Origin: Hydrurus foetidus
Lineage: Eukaryota
Assembly (NCBI GenBank): GCA_900617105.1
Contig: UYFQ01000459.1
Span: forward strand, 1 to 45,970
Direction of reading: 5' to 3'
DNA: 45,970 nt
Shown here: positions 36,538 to 45,970 of the stretch, one piece after another
Position numbering within the stretch: the stretch's first letter is position 1
How the letters are laid out: each line of letters opens with the position of its first letter
Notes under the pieces: model-generated
Told to the model about the DNA's origin: nothing
Seen by the model: only the letters and a program-made list of their open reading frames with translations
Database searches by the model: none
Translations under genes and position numbers: made by a program

Positions 36538-36892
36538 CCCTGTCGAGTGCCTATTATTTATTTGTTTTTCAAGTGGAAGCACGATTTACTTTGTCCGCTG
36601 AAAATCACGAAAAAAAGTGAAACGGAAACTGTTCCGGAAAATCTATCTCCATCAGCACATCGTTTCATTGAGATTTGATCACGGATTCGGATTCGGCACA
36701 TCTACTTATCCAGTAATATAATGTTCCAGCAGTACCACTGCTGCAATTTAGGCAATACTGTCATATAATTTATTTTGCAGCTACCTGTCATGAACTTGAA
36801 TTTCTTGAAACGTCGAGTTTGGATTTACAGCTGCACGCAAAAATTGCTAAAATGATGATTTTTCGGTTTACAAATAAATAGGCACCCGACGG
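36538..36892. mobile_element. MITE-like element with terminal inverted repeats and TA flanks
   Basis: Left end TA|CCCTGTCGAGTGCCTATTATTTATTTGT and right end ACAAATAAATAGGCACCCGACGG|TA are imperfect reverse complements. TA on both sides fits a Tc1/mariner-type TSD. No coding capacity. Confidence 0.65.
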
Positions 36893-36980
36893 TAGAAGAT
36901 GTCGAACGTACGCCTGTCAGGAGTAAACCCTGTACATACTGTACCACCACTTCCATATTCATCCTTGAGTCTATATATAT

Positions 36981-37896
36981 GACTCAAATATAACGGACAA
37001 CTTGAAAAGCGGAATCAAAACTTTTTTCGACGAATCAAAACTTTAATGAGAGAATGAAGACTATTTTAGAGAAGTGGCGACTTTTTCAGACAACTTACAC
37101 CCTTATAATCAGAAGGTCCACCTACTTTAAGAGAATCAGAACTTTTTTTACGAATTGAGCACTATATTGTGGGAATCAAGACTTTTTTAGTTGATTGACA
37201 ACTTTTTCCAACAATTTACACCCAAATAAATAGAATGTCCACCTAATTAAAACAGAAGGAACTTTATTACTGACCACACAACTTTTTATGACAGGGAAGC
37301 TTTTAAGCATCGACTTCATACATTGACTTTCAACAGTGAATCTGCAATTGATTCCGCAGATTTCAAAATGGAAGGGCATGCAGAAAATGCTCGTGTCGGT
37401 AGAGGGGAAGGAGTTGATTGGATTGTAAAAGAATCGTTTGAAACAGAAGCTGAAATGAAAGCCTATTGCACCGAGAATTTTCTTGCGAGAGGCCGCACTA
37501 ATCATAACATTGGCAAACGCGTTACGTACTTGACTTGTGCGATGTCAAAATGAGATTAATCAAAAAGCTGGATCAAGAGCTGTATGTTCTTGAAGCTGCG
37601 GAGGGGTTTGAACTTTGCCACAATCATCTCGAAATAGTTCCCGGAAGAGGTTTAAGTGATGAGCAAAAAAGGATTACAATTGAATGCCTCCAGGAAAGTT
37701 TTCCGTCACTTTTAAAGTTTTCGTTCTCGGAAAAAGTGTAAGTTCGTCAAAAATAGTGGTAAATTCTATTGAAATAGTCGCGAATTCTCTAATAGTCCTT
37801 GGTCTCCTTTTAAAGTTCTTGATTCTCTAAAATAGTCTTCATTCTCTTAAAATAGTTTTTTTTTCTCTTTTTATAGTTCTCCGTTATTTGGGTGCC
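36981..37896 (+). mobile_element. Internally deleted Mutator-like (MULE) DNA transposon
   Basis: 9-bp TSD TATATATAT (36972-36980 and 37897-37905). Degenerate long inverted termini with repeated GAATCAAAACTT / AAGTTCTTGATTC units. Transposase fragment inside. Confidence 0.72.
37368..37741 (+). pseudogene. MULE transposase N-terminal fragment (frameshifted, truncated)
   Basis: Two overlapping ORFs join as ...W..KESFET...YLTC/CDVKMRLIK...YVLE...HNH...GRGLSDEQKRI, the WRKY/FLYWCH-like C..C..HxH zinc finger typical of Mutator transposases. The DDE core is absent. Confidence 0.6.
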
Positions 37897-38281
37897 TATA
37901 TATATTATTACGATTCCGGAATAAAATCAAGGGGGTATTAAAAGGAGAGGGGGCACTTTGAGGCCTCTGGGTCCCATAAAATTTTCTCACATGCTGTACA
38001 CTCAAAATTTTGAAAAATGAAATTGGGGGATTAACCGGATGGTGGTTCCACCTTTATATAACAAATCCGGTTTTTCACTGGCTTTTTTTGGTCACGGAGG
38101 ACGTGTTCTCCTGCTTTTTGGGGCCCTTTTCAGGTTTTTTTTGCTTGCGAACTCAACATTCATTTTTCATTTTGTGGCGTGCTTGATTTCAGTTCGACGG
38201 CTTTGGTACAGTACACACTAGACAAGACAACACGTGTCTTCAACATTCCAGAGAACAACTGTTCCAGTCATTGTCATTGTG

Positions 38282-38727
38282 ATGGATCCCATTGCTGTCC
38301 ATGATCTGGTTCGTGGAAATGTCGTTCGTCAGCCTAGGGATCACAGTTGTTTGTATCATTCGTTGTGTTTTTTCTTGAATCGGATGTATGACACGCTGGC
38401 TTATACTCCACTCTTCTTGCGGACTGAGATCAATTGTTTCTTAATGAACAATCGTTCTACGATTCTTGTTCTCGGCCCTGGTTCTGCTTATACTGTTGAT
38501 GAGTGTATAGCCCTCGAGCACTATACTGTCGAACGATACATTTCGGTTATGTCTAAGTTGACTTCATGGGGTGGTGCTATTGAGCTCGCGTGTTTCGTCC
38601 ATATGTTTCCTGTTGACATCTATATTTTCAAACCTTTTGATGGTAGTTGTCGAATGAAATGGGTCACAACTTTCGCTACTACGTTGGCTGGGCGTAATCG
38701 TGACCATGACTTTCGCCTTCTATCATT
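38282..38727 (+). pseudogene. OTU-family cysteine protease/deubiquitinase ORF interrupted by a Gypsy LTR
   Basis: QPRDHSCLYHSL (catalytic D-x-x-C loop), LRTEI, YISVM..LTSWGGAIEL...VDIYIF. The frame enters the LTR at 38728, just before the expected catalytic His motif. Confidence 0.8.
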
Positions 38728-39140
38728 TGTGACCCGCACACCCGTACGGGCTGTACGGGTACAGGCGTACGTTCGGACCGGATCGAGGACGATCCGATCC
38801 ATCCGATTCATTGCCATGATACCTGCTGTGTTTACCTGTAAGCTAACCACATTGTTTCCATAGCAATAGCTCTCCCAGCTTCCTTTCCCTTGCTCCCGCT
38901 CCCAGCCGTCCCGCTCCCAGTGCCCAGATCCTGGCAAGGCCACAATACCGGTATTTGGAACCAGCTAGTGATCTCTAAGATCCAAGTTGACCAAACGTCC
39001 CAACAAAAAATCCCGCAACGACCGTAAAACAGTCTGAGCAACAAGTTGAGTAACTCTTCAAGAGTGAAAACCACCCAAAACGATACTACAAAGGTCTCGT
39101 CAACGCGACAGCCTCTGAATCGTAGTCGTTCGCGACCTCA
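38728..39140 (+). repeat. 5' LTR of Gypsy element (3' boundary uncertain)
   Basis: 38728-38855 matches 45842-45969. The end at CA 39140 (followed by AATATTGGCG) is only a candidate because the 3' LTR is truncated. Confidence 0.6.
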
Positions 39141-39495
39141 AATATTGGCGATTTATTCCCAAAATATCGTGCAGCTCTTCTACGCGAAGGCTTACGAAGG
39201 AAAGGAACTTGCAAGCAAGTAACACCTCCCAAACTCGTTCACGAACGAAATCCAACGCGCCCACGCCCAGCTTCGTTCCTTACGAAGCCGCCGCCCACGT
39301 CCAAATTTTGTTGCGATTTCCTCCCGAAATCGCACCAAACCATTCCAATCCCCCTGACTCCTACTACCACATCCTTAACCTACTAGTCCTCACCCTCGAA
39401 CAACCTACTCCTCTTTTCCCTGAATCACCGCGTCCGAGTTCCGTCGCTGTCCAAGACGCAGAGTTCCAGTGAGATTTCGGCGCCAAGTTTTCAAG

Positions 39496-41492
39496 ATGGT
39501 TAAGGCCCAAAAACCAAGAAAGAGAGCTCTAGCGAAGCTAGCTCGTCTTCCAAACGCCCCAAACCCCAAAATATCCTCTTCCTATCGGATAAAGAGAAGG
39601 CTAAACTCGAGCGTCTCGCTCGAGAAGACAATATAGCCAACTCCATGAAGACGCTGGGCAAATCGGCTATCAAAGCCTCGAGCACCCATACGCGCATATC
39701 CGATGAATTGGCGGCAAACGAAGCACGCTTCCTGCAGCTACAACAAGAACGTGAACGCAATCGCGTGCGACTTGAAGTGCTGCAGGAACAGGCTGACAAC
39801 AGATCTGATCTCGAAGATCAAGAACTGAAAGACTTGTCAGCCTGGATGCAAGAGACAAATGACTTACACAGTCTAAACCCTCAGTCAGATGAGGATGGCT
39901 CTCCAATCCGACCCCAAACCGAAGAAGAAGAGGATATCAATCCTTCTCAAACGGAAGAGGGCGACGACAAAATCGGTACCAAAATATCTCCGAAGGAAAT
40001 TCTCTCCGACGATGATAACGTCTCGGTGTCTGACAACGCCTCGGAAGAGGCGGAAGACGAACAAACCAACGACGAGGACGAAGAGGAAGACAACAACCCC
40101 GACGATACCAAGTCCAAATCGGACGAGGAAGATCAAAGTGAGTCGGAGGCGTCAACCCCACCGTCACCAAAACCGAAAAAGAAAAAGGCTATGCCAATCA
40201 AACCCCTTGCCAAAACAAGGGAGGCAAAACCACTCTCTGCCGTCCAATCTGAAGACAAACCCACGCGTGCCACCAGATCCAAAACGTCGAAAGCAACGGT
40301 AGCAGCTGCAAAGAAGTCAGCGACAGCTTCCACGAAAGCGGCTGCCACTTCAAACCGCAAGCGCAAAACCGAAGAGGCTGACACAGTCTTCGAACAACAA
40401 CGAACACCCCAAGCACTCACAACCTCCCTCATCAACATGAAGGAAGTGTTCTATGTAACACGTGAGACATTACTGAAGGACATGGACGGCACAGCCCGAA
40501 AGTTCTATACACAGGCGCACCGCCCTCAGTTTAATGCACCTTGGAAGGATCTCATCGAAGACGAAGCTGTCCATGTGATCCGAGACAGTCTCCTTCAAAA
40601 TCGAAAGACTCTCGGATACACAATCAAAATGTGTCAAACCTGGCCCATCATCGACGACAAACTCCTGTCCATTCGCGACATGGCCACCGATCTCAAGAAA
40701 CTCTTCTTCAGTGATCGCGCCACAGAGTCTACCTATGACTTGGACCTTGCCCTGAAAAACTGGCAAATGAAGATCAAATGGCAAAACCCAAACGTAGAGT
40801 TGGCGGCAATTGCACGACTCCGAGACATCCTCTTCGGATACTACGGCAGCTACGACAATATACCTGCAGACCGCCAACATGAGATCTGTAAGATCATCTA
40901 CAAAAAGCTCCCTCTTGATAATAAGTTCACTGAAAACTTCATGAACATTACAAAGGACAAAACAAGAAACAACAAAAAGGATTCCATCCCAAACATGTTG
41001 TGCCGAATGAATCTCTGCCTCAGTGAAGCTCGGCAAACAGTTATCAACGCGTCCAACATGGGTGGTCTTCGTTACGACTTCGAGACCAAAATCACCCCCG
41101 ACTCATTGTCGTCCAGCAACACAACGCAGCTCTCCGCCTCCTACCGCACGATACCCAAACGCGAATCCGACGCCTACCCAGGTCTGAGCAAAACAATCGA
41201 TAATTGCCACACCTGCGGTCGCCAAGGACACAATCGCTACGATTGTCGCAATTTCATGAATCCTCATTGCAACAACTCGTATACCACGTGGAGTCAATCC
41301 ACGTTGGCAACGGAGTTCAGGAGAATTGGCCACGACCATTTCGTCCCAAACGTCCTACTCAATGGCGAAATGACCAGGACAACCAACAATCCTGGCGCGG
41401 CAACATACGTCTACCCAACCGACGACGTCGAAACTGACATGGGTCCCGCTGCAAAAGACGACCCTCGCAAGAACAACAACAACAACAACAAC

Positions 41493-41547
<55 letters not shown>

Positions 41548-44500
41548 CGCAACAACGACCGGTCCAACCGCGACAACGACCGCAAAGACAATCGCGACAC
41601 CGATCGCAACGAAAACCGCGATACTCGCGACATCAAAGACCGCGGGTACAAAGGAAAAAGTGAGTCCAAAATTCCGTATGCGGAAAATATCTCAGAAAAT
41701 CGTATTTTGCCAAACATGCAAATGCTTTTATCAACAATCATACCTAACGAGATTGATGATTACTTACAAGTAACAATATATCTTCCTCAGACCCAATCCC
41801 CGGCTACCGCTTTGGCGACCGAGTTGACAGCCGCGACCGCGACTCCAACCGCAAAGACGACTCGCGCCAAGCGGAAAAGGACAAAGACAAAGATCGCCGC
41901 GATCGAGACCGGTCCCCACCCAAATCTTCCTCCAGCTATGGACCAAAATAGCGGCATGGCCGCCTTAGCCCAAATCGACACCGGATGTCAAGTTGGGGAC
42001 GTAATCAATCGTAGAGTCCTTCGGGGCCTACGTGGTGAACCCCAACTTCGCACCACCGACTCTCCCATATGGATGTGTTCGGGTCTAAATAATCAATGTA
42101 TTGAATCCACTGCTGTCCTTGATATTGTTGTATCATTTAACAAAAACGGTTTAAAATACACTTTTTCTCTTCCGGTGCGAATTGCAGAAGATTCCAAAGT
42201 CGACCTAATCTTAGGATTAGAGACCATAAAAAACTAAATTTGGTTAAAATCATTCCGGAATTCTTCCAATCTCCGGAAAATATCCAAAATGAAAAAATTC
42301 ACTCATTACAAAAACTGAATCAATCCACAAACATGGTATTAAACCACGTGGACGTTCCACTCATGCTAGAAGCAGAGTCGGACACAGTTACGAGTATTAC
42401 AAGTCCAACCTTACCTCCGGTTATAACTAGCCGAGAGGGGATAAAACCCTCAGACACAGACAGTCGATGGCAAGACGACCTGGTGGCTCGAGGTGCTTGT
42501 ACAAGCAAGACATGCACTCCTTCATGTGGGTGTCCCACTAGCTTAGCTGCGGCAGCGGCTAGGCTAGATTCTGATGAGTTCATTTTGCACTCTACGGTCG
42601 AGGCAGCAGTTTTGTTGTCACCTCCCCGACAAAATGATTTAGGTGTAACAACCGACAGGAGTCCGGAATTAGCTACTCCTACTCCCTCATCCAAGGCACC
42701 AGCCCAAACACGTGGTTTAGTTGCTGCTCTACTCCGGGAGCGTGAAGAACTCCCAGAGGTTCAACCCTTCGGACCCGAAGAGATTGACTACAAGTCGAAG
42801 GATACCTTCGCTCCTTTCCAAGACAATCCAACAGAGGACAAAATGTACCTCATCGATCTCATACAAATCGATGGTACCCCTGAACAACAAGCAAAAATTA
42901 GAGCAATTTGTGTCAAACACATAAAGCTATTCAACAACAAACTCGGACCAGAGCCCGCGCGAATTCCCCCTTTGGACTACCCGTACGGGATCCAGAGTGG
43001 AAAGTTTTCAAAAACCGCGTAGCACCACGACCAACGTCTACACGAAAACAAGTCGAAATCCGAAAACAAGTTGAAACTATGCTTGAACAGGGTATAATAG
43101 TCAAATCAGAGGCATCATACTATTCGCAAGTAACACTCGCGGCAAAGCCAGACGGTTCATACCGATTCTGTATAGACTATCGTCACCTCAACGACGCAAC
43201 GGAATCAGCAAGCTGGCCAATCCCTAATATTAAACAAATGTTAGCAAGATTAGGTTCACAAAAAGCAGACACATTCGGTGTAATAGACCTCACAGCAGGA
43301 TATCACCAAGCACCGTTAACTCTAAGTACACGTGTGTATACAGCTTTCATAACATTTATGGGCATCTACCACTTTACCCGACTACCTTTCGGACCCAAAA
43401 GAGCCCCCTCATATTTCCAAGAAATGATGGCCTCAATAGTCCTTTTAGGACTAATATACCAAATCTGTGAAGTATACCTCGACGACATCATCGTTTATGG
43501 TAATGGATTTGATCAATTCTGCGAGCGATTAGAAATCCTTTTTCAACGCCTAGAAAACAAAAACATTTCACTAAAAGCCGCAAAGCTAAAGCTAAATGTG
43601 CGAATAGTTGAATATGTCGGTAGACAAATATCTAAAGAAGGTATAACTATGAGTTCCAAAAAATAAGAGGTGTGACCGACTTTCCTATGCCACGAAAGAC
43701 GACTGAACTTAGATCGTTCCTCGGACTCACCAATTATTTTCGGGATCATGTACCAAATCACTCCAACGTGGTCGCACCACTGCACAAAATTATAGATCAC
43801 GCCGCGAAAAAGCAATCAATGCTAATCTGGACAGATGACGCCGCAAATTCTTTTCAAAAGATAAAAGATCTAATTGCAAAGAGTCCTTTATTATATTTCA
43901 TACACGATACAGCGCCCATTACCCTCATGACCGATGCGTCAGATTACGGGATCGGCGGCTATTTGTATCAAGAAGTCGACGGAGAAAAACAACTCGTCGC
44001 TCTCGTAAGCAAGTCTCTTACCAAGACTCAACTGAAATGGTCAGTAATACAAAAAGAAGCCTTCGCGCTATATTATTGCTGTACTTATCTCGACGCACTG
44101 CTGCGAGACCGTAAATTCACAATCCTAACAGACCACAAAAATCTTACGTTCCTAGAAAAGGATAAAAACGAGATGGTCGGCAGATGGCGTATGGCCCTGC
44201 AGGAACTAGAATATACGATAGGGTACATCCCGGGAAAACAAAATGAAATTGCTGACGCAATGTCTCGCCTATGTAAAAACAGAATGCCTCCTAAAACAGG
44301 AATAATAGCAGCAATTCTGACACACAAACCAATAACGACAGAGCAATATAACCTAATTGCAACGTGCCACAACACAATAGTCGGACATGGTGGTGTACAA
44401 CGCACACTGCGTAATTTAAAGAAAACAAATAACATATGGCTGGGAATGCGTGACGCAGTAAAAACATTCATTAAAAATTGTCCGTGTTGCCAAAAGATGT

Positions 44501-45633
44501 CGGCAATGAAATATCCCATCAACGCATACCGGTACACAACCTCAACCTACAAACCAATGGAATGCCTTAACATAGACTTCATTGGTCCATTTCCCGATAA
44601 AGGATATATCCTTGTTATGATCGACACCTTCTCAAGGTTTGTCGAACTCTACGCAACACCTGATGCAACAGCCAAATCAGCGTGCACAGCACTTGTAGAA
44701 CACGTGGGACGCTACGGCTCACCATGTATACTTCGATCAGATAATGGACCCCACTTCGCAAGCCACATCATAGATGAGTTTGTGAAGATTGTTGGAACAA
44801 CACACAACAAAATATTACCATACTGTTCAGAAGAAAACGCTATCGTCGAGCGAATCAACAAAGAAATCAATCGCCATATAACCGCGTACGCATACGAACG
44901 CGCAACTACGGAAAACTACGCGGAAATATTACCGTTTGTACAAAGAATACTAAATTCAACCGTAAATGACCGGATGAAAGTGTCTCCAGCACAACTCATC
45001 TATGGCAACGCGATCGACCTCGACGCAAACATCCTCCTTCCGAGAGATGAAATTGATTTAGATTTCGACTCACTCACACGGTCAACTGATAAAATGTTAA
45101 CGTTGCAAGATGAACTCATCGAAATCACCGCACGTCTACTCAAAGAATCCGACGACTTGCACAATGCACAACAACTTCCCAACGTCACACAGTTCGGAGT
45201 CGACACATTTGTACTTGTCCAACAAAGAACATCACCAGAAACGCGCATGCACACACTGTGGCGCGGCCCAATGCGAGTTGTCAGCCACAACTTCGCAGAG
45301 TATACATTACTCGATCTGGTAACACACAAAGAAAAGTTGTACCACATGACCCAACTAAAACCGTTTCACTTTGATCCTACGCATGTCGATCCAACTGACA
45401 TCGCTCGTAGAGATTATCTAGAATTCTTCATAGAGGAAATCCTAGAAATGAAAGGAAACATAAGAGCATACAAATCACTCACATTTCATGTGAAATGGCT
45501 CAACTACACCCATGAACACAACACATGGGAACCGTGGACACACATGCGTAAAGCGCAAAAAGTACATGAGTTCTTAATCAAAAAGAACCTCAAACACTTA
45601 ATACCACGCGAATTCATCGCAAACTACCGTTAA
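39496..45633 (+). CDS. Chromovirus gag-pol polyprotein, broken by five 1-nt indels in this sequence
   Basis: Zn knuckle CHTCGRQGHNRYDC; protease IDTG...LILG; RT YRFCIDYR, LPFG, YLDD; RNase H TDAS...QKEA...TDH; integrase H..H..CPCC, IDFIG, SDNG, IVER; GPM motif; chromodomain IEEIL...FHVKWLNY...NTWEP. Frames join with single-base shifts near 39502, 41494, 42230, 42975 and 43660. Confidence 0.9.
41472..41546 (+). repeat. (AAC)n microsatellite in gag (poly-Asn), with one extra A
   Basis: AAC run interrupted by AACAAACAAC near 41494. Confidence 0.95.
41660..41790 (+). other. Putative 131-nt spliceosomal intron at the gag-protease junction
   Basis: Donor A|GTGAGT, branch-like CTAAC 41744-48, acceptor TCTTCCTCAG|. 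AT-rich relative to its flanks. Splicing opens an R/D-rich frame ending at TAG 41949-51. Confidence 0.65.
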
Positions 45634-45825
45634 CCGGTAAAATAAAAATAAAAATGATTAACTAAATCATAAAGATTCCTCCTAAATTGGATCCTCAGGG
45701 ATTTTAGGGAGGTTTATTCAGTAAGGAACTTTCAGTTCTTAGTCTGAAATAGTTATTCAATAAGTTAGTTACTTACTCATAGTTAGTATTTTGATGATGA
45801 ATTTTGTCATTTAGTACACCCCTTT

Positions 45826-45838
45826 AGAGAGAGAGGGG
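45826..45838 (+). other. Polypurine tract of Gypsy element
   Basis: AGAGAGAGAGGGG, 3 nt before the 3' LTR. Confidence 0.85.
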
Positions 45839-45841
45839 CAC

Positions 45842-45970
45842 TGTGACCCGCACACCCGTACGGGCTGTACGGGTACAGGCGTACGTTCGGACCGGATCGA
45901 GGACGATCCGATCCATCCGATTCATTGCCATGATACCTGCTGTGTTTACCTGTAAGCTAACCACATTGTA
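45842..45970 (+). repeat. 3' LTR of Gypsy element (partial)
   Basis: The first 128 nt match 38728-38855; only the final base of the window differs. Confidence 0.93.

Larger units (their letters stand above)
38728..45970 (+). mobile_element. Ty3/Gypsy LTR retrotransposon, chromovirus type (3' LTR cut by window end)
   Basis: LTR start TGTGACCCGC at 38728 is repeated at 45842. Domain order gag-PR-RT-RH-IN-chromodomain, with a polypurine tract before the 3' LTR. Confidence 0.96.

Noticed and set aside
37941..37957. GAGAGGGGGCACT resembling the Gypsy PPT junction
   Set aside because: Not followed by LTR sequence; a short purine-rich match is expected by chance.
39146..39165. TGGCGATTTATTCCC as a tRNA PBS
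   Set aside because: The implied acceptor stem does not look tRNA-like and the LTR end is unverified.
41493..41663. Poly-Gln C-terminus and stop of the 672-aa ORF
   Set aside because: Caused by one extra A in the (AAC)n run; the corrected frame is poly-Asn and continues into the protease.

Overview
Intron-rich eukaryotic nuclear DNA. A stramenopile/chrysophyte-like protist is inferred from the HSP90 signature and the LIM and Copia types; this is not proven. I reconstructed four host genes by hand from GT-AG splice sites with consistent reading frames: (1) a minus-strand LIM-domain protein with a very large disordered exon (about 297-6854); (2) a 17-exon, ~2384-aa B-box + multi-KH RNA-binding protein with PAM2-like motifs (8788-18890); (3) a probable mitoribosomal mS45/Bot1-like protein (27145-29775); (4) cytosolic HSP90 (31478-35301, ends MEEVD). 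Mobile elements: an intact, very young Ty1/Copia element (21302-27041, CCAAC target-site duplication) just upstream of the mS45-like gene; two Mutator-like deletion derivatives; a TA-flanked MITE; and a Ty3/Gypsy chromovirus (38728 to window end) inserted into an OTU-protease ORF. The most notable signal is an apparent 131-nt spliceosomal intron at the chromovirus gag-protease junction. Splicing would give a Gag-only protein from a dual-coded segment, while intron retention gives Gag-Pol. Other candidates are a tRNA-independent (self-priming-like) primer site in the Copia element and a ~230-nt nested-helix RNA within a probably non-coding minus-strand spliced transcript.
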